Shown: positions 17,699 through 27,468 of the stretch, one piece after another | How the letters are laid out: every line of letters begins with the position of its first letter | Position numbering within the stretch: position 1 is the stretch's first letter | Assembly (NCBI GenBank): GCA_938045545.1 | Contig: CALIBN010000047.1 | Coordinates: forward strand, 1 to 29,128 | Source: an uncultured archaeon | Lineage (GTDB): Archaea > Thermoproteota > EX4484-205 > JAAOZP01 | DNA length: 29,128 nucleotides | Direction of reading: 5' to 3' | Made by a program: the position numbers and the translations under genes | Notes under the pieces: generated by a model | The model's input: the letters and a program-made list of their open reading frames with translations, nothing else | Told to the model about the DNA's origin: nothing | The model's database searches: none

Positions 17699-18673
17699 AT
17701 GGTGAAGCGCAGCGCGTTCAGCGAGTATTCGGTGATAGATTTCATAAAAAAGAGGTTCCCGCAGTCTGGAAACATTCTTCCTCTTTACGATGATGCTTGG
17801 GGATGCGTGCTTAAAAAGAAGCATCTTGTTTTCGCAGGGGATATGCTTGTTGAAACAACCGATGTTCCGCCTTTCATGACGATTAGGCAAATGGGTTTTA
17901 AGAGCTTCACAATAAGCGTGAGCGACATCGCCTCTAAAGGGTTACTTCCAACCTACTATTATTTAATCATCGGGCTTCCGCGAGGATTCGGCTGGAGAAG
18001 GTTTAGGGAACTGGCAGCGGGGTGGAGGCAGGCTGTCAGCCTTTACGGGGGGACACTTATGGGTGGGGACACGAATGAGTCTTCCTGTGTTACTATCAGC
18101 GTTGTCGCTTTGTCTCTTTCAAACAGGCTGCCGATCCCTCGAACAGGAGGTAAGCCTGGAGATATTGTCGCTGTAACCGGGACGTTCGGAGAAACATACG
18201 TGGGCTTCAAGATGATGAGAAACCTCGACAGGCTGCCTAAATCCCTGAGGAAAAGAGTATTGAGGAAAATATGCAGACCCGTAGCGCGGCTTAAAGAAGG
18301 CGTGGCGCTTAACGGTGTTGCGACAGCATGCACCGATTCAAGTGACGGCCTTGCAATATCCCTGTACAATATTATTCACGGAACGGGGAATGGAATCCTG
18401 GTGGAGAGGCTGCCGGTCAGCAAGGGCCTTGAAGAAGCGTCTAGAATCCTTGGAGCATCGCTTTGCCAAATGGTTTTTCACGGGGGCGAGGAGTTTGAGC
18501 TTGTGGCGGTGATACCTAGAGGGAAATGGAGAACGGCTGTTAAAAGGGTTGAACGCGCCGGAGGATCATTGATATCTATTGGGAGGATCATTGATCGTAA
18601 GGGGGTCTGGTACCGTAGGGAGGATGGCAAGACTGTTAGAGTTTTAAGAAGCGGATGGGAGCATTTAAAGTAG
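17699..18673 (+). CDS. thiL: Thiamine-monophosphate kinase
   Basis: DDA, DMLVETTD, SVSDIASKG, GGDTNE, DSSDGL, GGEEFEL and GWEH. Confidence 0.94.
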   Translation: MVKRSAFSEYSVIDFIKKRFPQSGNILPLYDDAWGCVLKKKHLVFAGDMLVETTDVPPFMTIRQMGFKSFTISVSDIASKGLLPTYYYLIIGLPRGFGWRRFRELAAGWRQAVSLYGGTLMGGDTNESSCVTISVVALSLSNRLPIPRTGGKPGDIVAVTGTFGETYVGFKMMRNLDRLPKSLRKRVLRKICRPVARLKEGVALNGVATACTDSSDGLAISLYNIIHGTGNGILVERLPVSKGLEEASRILGASLCQMVFHGGEEFELVAVIPRGKWRTAVKRVERAGGSLISIGRIIDRKGVWYRREDGKTVRVLRSGWEHLK

Positions 18674-18680
18674 CCTGTCT

Positions 18681-18905
18681 TCAGCTTGCAACCAGGGTCT
18701 CTGTTTTCTCAACGCCTTCAATCGAGTTTATCTCCGCAGTTAGCAGAGCCAGTTCCGATATGTCATTCGCCTGAAGAATGGCGACAATGTCAAACCTGCC
18801 GAAGCATTCGAAAGCATCAATCACGCCATCGATCTTCCTGATTCTTTCGAGAACCTGAGCCATTTTCCCATCGTCAACACTGATAAGTACACAGCTGTAA
18901 GTCAA
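18681..18905 (-). CDS. Stand-alone Lrp/AsnC ligand-binding (RAM) domain protein
   Basis: VLISV, IDGV, FGRFDIVA and IEGVEKTETL; no HTH. Confidence 0.85.
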   Translation of the reverse strand: MTYSCVLISVDDGKMAQVLERIRKIDGVIDAFECFGRFDIVAILQANDISELALLTAEINSIEGVEKTETLVAS

Positions 18906-19151
18906 TTATGATCCCTTCCTTTCAACCTCGATAAGGGTTTCAGTGGCGCTGACGTTTTCAAAAGACCTTATTATGCGAACCGCCTTGGCTATCTCAGCCA
19001 GGCTTCCCGCCTCTATCTTGGAGACAACATCGTATGCGCCTAGGCTTGAAAAAACCAGCTTAACATTCTCTAACTCTCTAAGCCTTCTGACAACATCCTT
19101 ATAGGTTCCCGCCCTGCACCTTATTAACACCACGGCTTTAACCATCGCCAT
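18906..19151 (-). CDS. Stand-alone Lrp/AsnC ligand-binding (RAM) domain protein
   Basis: VKAVVLI, LGAYDVV and ENVSATETLI; no HTH. Confidence 0.85.
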   Translation of the reverse strand: MAMVKAVVLIRCRAGTYKDVVRRLRELENVKLVFSSLGAYDVVSKIEAGSLAEIAKAVRIIRSFENVSATETLIEVERKGS

Positions 19152-20883
19152 GGGAATCGTTACCGCTGCGATTTAACTTTTTCCACGGAGAGAGCATGTA
19201 GATTGCACCGTTCTGAACATCCTCAAGCCTATCTAAGCCCGGAGAGTTATTAAGATAATCGACGGCTTCCCCCCCAAGGGCGCCTGAGGGCTTGGTTATC
19301 AGGTTGACAACTCTGCCGCCATATGCTTCTCTCATAGCATCGGAGGCGACTATTAAAACACCTTTTTCAACCGGATACGGCTTTCCAGTGACCGACACGT
19401 TTACAAGCCAGGAGTTTGAAGGTAAGAACCATGATGTCAAGTTGCCCGTCCAGAAAGCGTTTCTGCGCGATACAAACATTAGTAGAGCGCCAAGCCGAGT
19501 ATCAGTATCGATTTTAGAGTTGAAAAGCAGCGAGTAGCAGTAAGCGTCCTCAGCAAGCTTAAGATCTGAATAGCTGATGGACTCTTTAATGCCGTACGTG
19601 AATTCCGGCTTAGGATAGGATGTGAAAGCAAGTGAAAACATGAAGTAGGCGACCATCATTCCCGCCAGATACTCTTTCTCCACGCTTCTCAACTCGATGC
19701 TGAAGCAGCTCAGCCCGTAGCCGGCTAACGGGACTGCAAAATATATGATGAAGGTTGGGATCCTGTGAATGAGCACACGGTAGCCTTCTAATGAAAGAAG
19801 GGAGAAGGCCTCAACCATGAAAACCATTAACGGAGCCATGAAGAACAGCGCGTCGTAAAGTGAACTTTTATCACAGTACTGTATTAAGCCGTGTATTGCG
19901 AACGGCGTGAAGCCGAGTGAAATAGGTACGGTGAACCAAAGGATTGTTGGCAAAGCCTCAGGGTGAAGCATGACTGTTAACGCGACGGGGATTATTACGC
20001 TGACCAGCAGCACCGAAGTAAAAATCTTCATGAAACTGTATTTCCGACGTTTTTTCAAGAATCTCACTGTTTCGTCTGTGATTACTGGAAATAGAAGCAT
20101 CACGGCTGCTGCCGGAAGCAGGAGAAAAGGTTTTTCAAGGATCATGGTTAAGACTAGCCTCAGCATGTTTTCCTCCTCCCCAGCCAGGCTCCAGATGAAT
20201 GCAGATGAAGCAAATAGGAGAACTATGGTTGCGAACATTAAGACGATTAGACTAAACAGGCTATTGTTTTTCTCATGCTTCAAATAGTAGTACAGGTAGG
20301 AGAGGAACAGCGAGGAGAAAAACAGGATGAGTTGAAAAGCGGAAAGATGATGGCTTATGACGGTCAAAAGCCCGGAGAGCATTGCGGGCAGCATCCATTT
20401 CCAGCTCCCGGTTAGGGCCCTCATTGAGAAAAGTATAGATAACCCGTAGAACAGTATCCCAAGCCCCTCCGGTATTACCACTCCCCCGATCTGATGCACA
20501 AGCAGGCTGGTCACCGCAAGATAAAGAAGCGTGTAAACAGGCTCGTTTCCTCCAGTTTTAAACTGTTTTGAAACAAAGTAGGGCGGGAGGATGAAGAAAG
20601 TGAAGACTATTGGCTCAAAGAAGGTGAGGATTTTCATGAACATGTCGTAGCCCGCAGCCCTGAGAACCGCTAGTTGAAGATAATAGAAGAGCGGGCCGTG
20701 GGGCAAAGACACGGATCCCCCCTCGTTAAGCACGAACACTCTTGAAACAAACTCGTAAATATCGAACCCGTATGGCAGGCCATGTTTCACCGAAGGAATC
20801 ATCCTTAACAGTAATGCGATTGAAAACACTGCGACCGAGTACCAGTCTCGCCGCTGTTTCAACCTATCCATGTTTGAACCCAT
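19138..20883 (-). CDS. Polytopic membrane protein, GT-C-like architecture
   Basis: About 12-14 hydrophobic segments, first-loop PYGFDIYE, an SHHLS motif, and a soluble C-terminal domain; in a glycosylation locus. Confidence 0.65.
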   Translation of the reverse strand: MGSNMDRLKQRRDWYSVAVFSIALLLRMIPSVKHGLPYGFDIYEFVSRVFVLNEGGSVSLPHGPLFYYLQLAVLRAAGYDMFMKILTFFEPIVFTFFILPPYFVSKQFKTGGNEPVYTLLYLAVTSLLVHQIGGVVIPEGLGILFYGLSILFSMRALTGSWKWMLPAMLSGLLTVISHHLSAFQLILFFSSLFLSYLYYYLKHEKNNSLFSLIVLMFATIVLLFASSAFIWSLAGEEENMLRLVLTMILEKPFLLLPAAAVMLLFPVITDETVRFLKKRRKYSFMKIFTSVLLVSVIIPVALTVMLHPEALPTILWFTVPISLGFTPFAIHGLIQYCDKSSLYDALFFMAPLMVFMVEAFSLLSLEGYRVLIHRIPTFIIYFAVPLAGYGLSCFSIELRSVEKEYLAGMMVAYFMFSLAFTSYPKPEFTYGIKESISYSDLKLAEDAYCYSLLFNSKIDTDTRLGALLMFVSRRNAFWTGNLTSWFLPSNSWLVNVSVTGKPYPVEKGVLIVASDAMREAYGGRVVNLITKPSGALGGEAVDYLNNSPGLDRLEDVQNGAIYMLSPWKKLNRSGNDSHGDG

Positions 20884-21347
20884 ACGGTGCCATCCCTCCT
20901 CAGCAACACAGGGCTATGATATCCTGTTTGAACAATACTACCTGGATCATAACAATAGGCCACGATGATTCTTTCAGCCCCGGGATCAGAGGGCAGCTTT
21001 ACGTCAAGCCTTTTACTCTCGCCAGGGTTAAGCGTAATGATGCTGAAGTTTAACGTTTTGAAACCTGTAAAACAGTAGAGAGTAGTGTTCTCCGAAACCC
21101 TACTGCCCCCGTACCCGATTAAGAATATTAGACGCCCCTCGTGTTTCTCGCTCGAATTATTTCTTAGAAAAAGCACTAGGGAAAAACCATTATCTTCCTG
21201 CTTGAAACCAATTATTTTAATCACCAAGAAGCCTTTCGGCGTCTCCAGAAGCTCGTAGGCTGCGAAGAGAAGAATTAGGGATAGACTCATCAGCAACACG
21301 GTTCTCTGGAAAAATATGCCGTTTCCACCGCCTCCGTTCTGGCTCAA
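20859..21347 (-). CDS. Membrane-anchored hypothetical protein with beta-rich domain
   Basis: N-terminal TM segment and a TLNPGESKR motif; overlaps the start of the downstream gene. Confidence 0.65.
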   Translation of the reverse strand: MSQNGGGGNGIFFQRTVLLMSLSLILLFAAYELLETPKGFLVIKIIGFKQEDNGFSLVLFLRNNSSEKHEGRLIFLIGYGGSRVSENTTLYCFTGFKTLNFSIITLNPGESKRLDVKLPSDPGAERIIVAYCYDPGSIVQTGYHSPVLLRRDGTVWVQTWIG

Positions 21348-21440
21348 AGGACACGGTAGCCATGGAAAAAGGCTTAATTAAACTATCGTCCCACTCTTGG
21401 AAAACTTATTAAACAACGTTAATCCCCGTCTCGAGAGAAT

Positions 21441-22454
21441 ATGCTGGAAAACCCTGCACTCATCGCAGCCATTTCAGCAGCGATTGGCCTCGCCTCATCC
21501 CTGTTAACCTTAAGATACATAACTAAGAGCTTCGTTAAACTCGGCATTTCCGGGTTAGACCACCATAAGCCTGGGAAGCCGCGGATCCCGGAGATGGGTG
21601 GCTTAGCGTTCATCATAGGGGTTGCAGCAGCCTCAATCCCAGGGGTTCTGCTAAACTTCCACGTTTCCGAAGTAATGGGCATGATGCTTACGGTGCTTGC
21701 AACAGGGGTTGTAGGACTCATAGATGATTTGAGGAAGCTGGGTGCGGTGGAGAAGCCTCTTCTCACAGCCGCAGCCGGGTTTCCGTTAATCCTTTTACAC
21801 CCTTACTCCGGCAGCCTAGTTTTAACCTTCGGGATAGTTTTCCGAATTCCCTTAATATACATGGTGATTATCCCAGGGTTGCTCGCAGTAGTGTCTAACT
21901 CAATTAACATGTTTGACACTATGAATGGGACTGCAACCGGTTCCTCTCTAATGGTTTTAACAACGCTGTTCCTTGCGGCTGCTTTGAAACACTTTACCGG
22001 AGGAGGCTTCGACATACTGCTGGCAGGCCTATTGTTCAGCATTGTTTTCCCCCCTATGCTGGCATTGTTCGCCTATAACAAGTATCCGGCCAAGGTTTTC
22101 GTCGGCGATACTGGCACTCTCTCTATAGGGGGGGCGCTCCTAGCTTTTTCAGTCATCCAGGGCTGCGAAATACCTTTGATAATAAGTCTGCTGCCTCATT
22201 TGACCAACGGCTTCTTCAACCTTTCAAGCGTCGGAAGGCTTTTCGAACGATCAGAGTTAAAGGAGAGGCCCATAGTGGTTACAGAGAACGGCACTATATA
22301 TGCCAACAGGGATTTGAAAGCACCGATAACCCTTACAAGATTCATCGCTGCACTAGGCTTCAGGAATGAGAAGGAGATCATTAAAGCAATCATGACCCTT
22401 TGTGCCATATCAAACGGGTTAACTATTTTAACGGTTGCGCTGGGATTATGGTGA
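21441..22454 (+). CDS. aglH: UDP-GlcNAc:dolichyl-phosphate GlcNAc-1-P transferase (MraY/GPT family)
   Basis: GLDHHKP, IPEMGG, GLIDD, NSINMFDTMNG and NKYPAKVFVGDTG. Confidence 0.88.
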   Translation: MLENPALIAAISAAIGLASSLLTLRYITKSFVKLGISGLDHHKPGKPRIPEMGGLAFIIGVAAASIPGVLLNFHVSEVMGMMLTVLATGVVGLIDDLRKLGAVEKPLLTAAAGFPLILLHPYSGSLVLTFGIVFRIPLIYMVIIPGLLAVVSNSINMFDTMNGTATGSSLMVLTTLFLAAALKHFTGGGFDILLAGLLFSIVFPPMLALFAYNKYPAKVFVGDTGTLSIGGALLAFSVIQGCEIPLIISLLPHLTNGFFNLSSVGRLFERSELKERPIVVTENGTIYANRDLKAPITLTRFIAALGFRNEKEIIKAIMTLCAISNGLTILTVALGLW

Positions 22455-22458
22455 GAAC

Positions 22459-22734
22459 ATGAGTAAGCTTCTCAGCCTTAAACCGTTGATTATCCTAATC
22501 CTGTTTAACTATGTCGTGATCGTATTCGGCTCATACGTCTTTTACACTATTCAAGTAAACATAGAGAGAACCCTAAGGCCTTTGCCAAGACTGCTCGTAG
22601 GATTTGTTCAAGCAGCCCTCGGATTCCTATTAATATTGCTATGGATATTTGTCTGGCTTAGTATATACAAGCACCTGTTCATAATGGAGATACGTAAAGA
22701 TACTGTAGAGCAGGCTTTTTCAAAGCAGGCTTAA
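22459..22734 (+). CDS. Small two-TM membrane protein
   Basis: Two hydrophobic segments; ATG 22459 follows GGTGA just after aglH. Confidence 0.65.
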   Translation: MSKLLSLKPLIILILFNYVVIVFGSYVFYTIQVNIERTLRPLPRLLVGFVQAALGFLLILLWIFVWLSIYKHLFIMEIRKDTVEQAFSKQA

Positions 22735-23778
22735 ACAGGTTTCAGAGATCGTTTCAGCAGGATCCTCCATTTTTCTGAGCTTCCTTAAAGACGAAAACCT
22801 TCCATGCTCATCTAATTCCTGTGAAACAGTTTTCCTCAACCAGCTATGCAAATCTTTCTCACCGGTTGATTTAGCCAGCAACCCTTTTTTCACGAGGAAC
22901 TTTTCAACGATTGTGGAGGAAGGATAGATTGATATCGCCGGAACCCCCAGGAGCACGGCTTCAGTGCTCATCGTCCCCCCTGCGCCGATGAAGCCCTTTG
23001 AATAGAACAAGATTGAACGCGTATCCTCACCATGCTCAAGCACAACCACATTCTGTTTTTTAAAAAAACTCCTATATGTCTCCTTCTCATACCTGGGTAC
23101 AATGACGATTTTTAATCCCGCTAGACGCTTATCTTTTCGGAAAACCTTTGAAACAGTTTCAAGCGTCAGCCGTTTAACGTTTAGATAAGACGCCCTGTAC
23201 TCTTCAGGCCTGTATACAATGTATTCTCCTTCAGCCAAGCCGTATTTCCTGAGAACGCTTTTCGAAGGATTAAAGTCTCTCAGCCACGCGACAGGGTCTA
23301 GCGATCCATAGGTAACTATATCTTTTCCACTAATGCCGTATTTCAACCAGGCTTTTTTCCCAACAACCCTGGGGGTTAGGAGCTTACGGCTGAGTGGAAC
23401 AGTTAGTCTTGCAACGTGCGTTGAATGTGGAGAATCGTTTACAGAGACGTGTGGAATACTCAGCCCGAACGCAACCCTAGCTGCCTCCGGTGAGCTGAAG
23501 CTTAAAACAAGGTCTGGAGCATTCTTCCTCATAAGTTTTAAGAGACGAATCATCCTGTCGAGCGATGAGGCGAGCTTCCCGTAGAGGCCTCCACCCCCAT
23601 GCCTACCTATGACAACCGGTTTAATGCGTGACAATTTGAAAATATTGGTCAACTCAACATACTTGCGTGAAGTAACGAGCACTCTGCATCCTTTCTCCTC
23701 AAGCTTCTCCTTAACCTTGCCGAATAAAAGAGCCTGCTTTGGCGTGAGCACGTCTATCATGAACGTTTTTTCAGGCAA
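22720..23778 (-). CDS. DUF354 family putative GT-B glycosyltransferase
   Basis: IDVLTPKQALLF, IGRHGG, SFSSPEAARVAFGL, NDSPH and GGTMSTEAVLLGVP. Confidence 0.85.
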   Translation of the reverse strand: MPEKTFMIDVLTPKQALLFGKVKEKLEEKGCRVLVTSRKYVELTNIFKLSRIKPVVIGRHGGGGLYGKLASSLDRMIRLLKLMRKNAPDLVLSFSSPEAARVAFGLSIPHVSVNDSPHSTHVARLTVPLSRKLLTPRVVGKKAWLKYGISGKDIVTYGSLDPVAWLRDFNPSKSVLRKYGLAEGEYIVYRPEEYRASYLNVKRLTLETVSKVFRKDKRLAGLKIVIVPRYEKETYRSFFKKQNVVVLEHGEDTRSILFYSKGFIGAGGTMSTEAVLLGVPAISIYPSSTIVEKFLVKKGLLAKSTGEKDLHSWLRKTVSQELDEHGRFSSLRKLRKMEDPAETISETCLSLL

Positions 23779-23867
23779 CTTCCAGGTTTAACACGCCTTA
23801 GCGGCTATTAATCCTTTTAACTTCCAGCTCAGTTAATCTTAAAAAAAGCGTTCGTCGAACTATTCGG

Positions 23868-25283
23868 ATGAAGCCGTTCCTAGTGGTGCCTGAAGAAGCC
23901 GTTGAAAACCTGAGGAAAAGCAGGTATAGGGTTGGGGTATTCGGCTTTGGCCATGTTGGATTGACCATCGGAGTCGGATGGGGGTTAGCCGGAGCCAGAG
24001 TGATAGGAATGACGCTTGACAAGCAGGCGATAAGGCTGGTTGAATCGGGCTTATCCCCTTTCCCTGAAGAAGCCTACTTATCCGAACACATAAAGAAATT
24101 GAGAAGCAGAGGGCTGCTTGAGGTTACGGACGATTACTCCCACGGGGCGCGTGAGACAGACATAAAAATAATCGCGGTCCCAGTATACCTTTCAAGCGAC
24201 AAGAAGCCGGATTTAACTCCGATTCTTACAGTGTCTGAGGAAATAGGTAGAAGCCTAGCTAAGGGGGATGTGGTTATCATAGAGACGTCGATACCCCCTG
24301 GAACGACGCGCAACGTGGTTAAACCCATTCTGGAGAAGGCCAGCGGTTTAAAGGCGGATGAGGATTTCGCCTTGGCCTACAGTCCTGAAAGAATCTCTGC
24401 TGGAACAGTGTTAGCAGACTATTTAGAGAAGTATCCTAAGATAATTGGCTGCGATTCCCCGAGAAGCCTGAATCTGGTCGCCAACCTGTATTCGGCAGTC
24501 GTCAAGAGGGGCGTGATCACGATGTCCAGCACTATTGCAGCTGAGACTGAGAAACTTTTTGAAGGAGTCTACCGCGACGTAAACATAGCGTTAGCCAACG
24601 AGCTCGCCAGCCTCTGTGAGAAGATCGGCGTGTCGTACGACGAAGTAAGGGCAGCAGCCAACTCCCAGCCCTTCTCACACCTGCATAGTCCTGGGATTGG
24701 CGTAGGGGGAGCCTGCATACCTGTATACCCTTATTTCATAATTGATACGGGGCTTAAACAAGGGTTGCAGCTTCAAATCACGCAGCTGGCGAGAAACATT
24801 AATGAAACAGCAACGCAGCTATTCATCGAAAAGATTGTCAGGTCAATCAGGTTTCTAAACATGAACCCGTCTGAATGCAGCTTCGCACTCCTCGGATTAT
24901 CCTTCCGAGGAGGCACATCAGACACTAGGCTTTCCCCAGCTCTGAGAATACTTGAGTTCATTGAAAAAACTGGGGCGAGGGTTAAGGTCTGCGACCCGCT
25001 TGTAGAAAAAGCCGAGGGCAAGAGCATTGAGATCCTCAGGGACTGGAGGTGGGCAGTTCAAGACGCTAATGTAATCGTAATAGCGAGCGACCATAAGGAG
25101 TTTTACCAGATGGGAATAGAGGAGATATCTAGCTTGGCTGGAGGGGAAACTGCAATACTCGATGGAAAAAACGTCATCGGCAATCTAAATGTTAAACCCA
25201 AGTATCGTGTTCTTTACGCAGGAGTAGGAAGACCGGTGTTCCTAATAGAACCAGACGGTTGCAGAAAGCGTGTGGAAATATAG
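23868..25283 (+). CDS. Nucleotide-sugar (UDP-N-acetylhexosamine) dehydrogenase, WecC/WbpA family
   Basis: GFGHVG Rossmann motif, YSPERI, EKLFEGVYRDVNIALANE, PGIGVGGACIPVYP (catalytic Cys) and DTRLSP. Confidence 0.92.
   Translation: MKPFLVVPEEAVENLRKSRYRVGVFGFGHVGLTIGVGWGLAGARVIGMTLDKQAIRLVESGLSPFPEEAYLSEHIKKLRSRGLLEVTDDYSHGARETDIKIIAVPVYLSSDKKPDLTPILTVSEEIGRSLAKGDVVIIETSIPPGTTRNVVKPILEKASGLKADEDFALAYSPERISAGTVLADYLEKYPKIIGCDSPRSLNLVANLYSAVVKRGVITMSSTIAAETEKLFEGVYRDVNIALANELASLCEKIGVSYDEVRAAANSQPFSHLHSPGIGVGGACIPVYPYFIIDTGLKQGLQLQITQLARNINETATQLFIEKIVRSIRFLNMNPSECSFALLGLSFRGGTSDTRLSPALRILEFIEKTGARVKVCDPLVEKAEGKSIEILRDWRWAVQDANVIVIASDHKEFYQMGIEEISSLAGGETAILDGKNVIGNLNVKPKYRVLYAGVGRPVFLIEPDGCRKRVEI
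25206..25225 (+). repeat. 20-bp direct repeat, copy 1 (CGTGTTCTTTACGCAGGAGT)
   Basis: Identical to 26801-26820. Confidence 0.9.
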
Positions 25284-25596
25284 GGTTGAAAGAAGACATA
25301 TTCTGACGGTTGAGGAGTATTGCTGTTTCCAGCTTCACTTTTACCGTTAAGCAATCCTTTAGTAAGCGTATTCGGCTATGTTTAAGCCGTTATAATGTGT
25401 ATTTTGTACATCGTATTTAATGTATGTTTAATGAGGAGGAAAGGTAGAAAACCCTCTAGCCCCAATAGCCCTTATCTGGACGTTTAGTAACCAAAATTAG
25501 TTTATCAATGAGCTATTAGTGCACTATCAAATATCTTTATAGTCGAAAACTACACTTTTCTGAACAATATATATACCTCCGATATTTATTTATCAA

Positions 25597-26775
25597 ATGG
25601 CGATGGCCGCGAGCAAACCTAAACCCGATATGGCTTCTGTAGTAATCATGCTTTTCCTCATACTCGTTCTAGTACTACCTTTGGCATATGTGGCTGTAAA
25701 GCCTTTAACAGACCCGAATGTTCAACATGTCAACATACTCATCAGAGTGAAGATGAGAAACGGTAGCGAGGCACCCTATCCTATTATCCAAGTATTCCAT
25801 CTGACTGACCGGGGACCGATTCTCATAGCAAAGGGCTCAGGCGGGAAAAACGGCGTTTACGCGTTTTTGTTCGCGATTCCAAGGGTGAAGGTGAATAGGC
25901 TCTACTTGCCAAGCTTGGGCAAGGAGGTGGACGTTTATCCCGCAACTAATATCTGGATACTTGCGTACGATGAGAAAACCGGTCTCCTGGGAAGCCTAAC
26001 TACGGCTCTCGACCCTACCTTCATGAACTGGCCGATAGACACCTTCTCCGCCGAGGTTGTTCTAGAGGAACTCCTAGGGCGCGAGGCTCCATCGTCAGTC
26101 GGTGTTTTAAGTGTTCCTCCGGACAGTGAAACATGGAAGGATACAATCGTGGTAGAGTATGCTGTGTGGGACCAGATCTGGGCATATTCAGTATGGCCTA
26201 TTGGTGCGAAGGTGGATGTAGAAACAAAGGAGAGAACATGGGACTCATATCTAAACAGGTATGTAACTGACTGGAGCTCTCCCGGGAGCACGGTGGTAAC
26301 GCTCGAGAGTGGCGTCACAACCCCGACATGCACTGGTAAACTGAAAGGTATGGGGATATTTCAATTCAAATACATACTATGCCATATTTCCATTCCCAAC
26401 ACTAGATTCTACAGGGAGAAAGTTTACGCGGCCGATACTTCTATGGATCCGATATACGCGGGTTATTCCACCTCATCCTGGGACGGCTCAGCCTCAGGAT
26501 CTGACCCATACATCACCGACCAAAACATTCCTGATAGAAGCATTCCCCTAACTCAAAGATCTGATTTGGCGTGGACTTTCAGCGTGGGTCTAAGCTTCAA
26601 CCTAGGTGGAAACTGGCCCTCGGTGTCCGTAGGGTTGGGCGTGAGCAGAACCAGCCTGCCGTATGCAACGCTTCACATTAAGACTGGCACATGGACTTCG
26701 GGATATAAGGTGTACACCTATGGACGAGAGCACGGCTTCAGGAAATCTTACTCTATATGGAAGCCCTACCCATAG
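25597..26775 (+). CDS. Secreted/membrane-anchored beta-rich hypothetical protein
   Basis: N-terminal hydrophobic segment and a Ser/Thr/Trp/Tyr-rich body; preceded by an AT-rich spacer with TATA-like TATATATA. Confidence 0.8.
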   Translation: MAMAASKPKPDMASVVIMLFLILVLVLPLAYVAVKPLTDPNVQHVNILIRVKMRNGSEAPYPIIQVFHLTDRGPILIAKGSGGKNGVYAFLFAIPRVKVNRLYLPSLGKEVDVYPATNIWILAYDEKTGLLGSLTTALDPTFMNWPIDTFSAEVVLEELLGREAPSSVGVLSVPPDSETWKDTIVVEYAVWDQIWAYSVWPIGAKVDVETKERTWDSYLNRYVTDWSSPGSTVVTLESGVTTPTCTGKLKGMGIFQFKYILCHISIPNTRFYREKVYAADTSMDPIYAGYSTSSWDGSASGSDPYITDQNIPDRSIPLTQRSDLAWTFSVGLSFNLGGNWPSVSVGLGVSRTSLPYATLHIKTGTWTSGYKVYTYGREHGFRKSYSIWKPYP

Positions 26776-26788
26776 GAATTGGCACGGT

Positions 26789-26890
26789 AAGCCTAAATAG
26801 CGTGTTCTTTACGCAGGAGTTGAGAGACCAGCATACCTGCTTGAGCTGACGGGTCTAAAAAGAGGGCTAAGCTGAAGCTTCTCGAGATAA
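26789..26890 (+). pseudogene. Diverged relic of the dehydrogenase 3' end; contains repeat copy 2 (26801-26820)
   Basis: Reads KPK*RVLYAGVERPAYLLE/DGSKKR versus KPKYRVLYAGVGRPVFLIEPDGCRKR in the intact gene. Confidence 0.8.
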
Positions 26891-27468
26891 AAATACGATT
26901 CCTAGGAGCAGGTTTTCATCAGACCAAAGAAGCCTGTGGAGCCAGCGCACGCAACAAACTTCGTATGCCCGTTTTCTCTCATTTCACTTTATTCGTTCAC
27001 AGGCTTTTTACTGTACCTTGGGGCACCTCAATCCCCTATTTTTAAAAACTCGTTAACCATGTCTTCGCCAGAAGCATCTCTCTGGCCCCAGCGATTGCAC
27101 CACCCTCTTTAGAGCTTCATTGATCGCCTGCTCATCACTAATCCCGGTGAAGTTAAAGCTAGGAAAAATCCGGATTCAAAATCTATCTAAACTTAACCTT
27201 GAAGCCATGCTTACTACTCCATTTCATCCTTTGTTTTAACGAACCAGCAGAGAAAGGAGATCTCCAATGGTACTATTCACAGAACATATACTTCCAATAG
27301 ACTTCTTTTCACGGCATAATTTAAATCTTCTTCAGCTGCGCGTGGTGTTTTTGTATGGAGAAAGATTGAAACTGGAAACGGTAAATGATTAAATATCTTA
27401 TTGATCTGCTATTATGGTGAATATTAATGCAAGGCTGGCGTGCAAACCCTGATTTGGTTAGGAGGCCG

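Noticed and set aside
26900-27460. Possible gene in the AT-rich spacer before the CE15 pseudogene
   Set aside because: Only short interrupted frames (e.g. minus-strand FTGISDEQAINEALKRVVQSLGPE); no supportable call.
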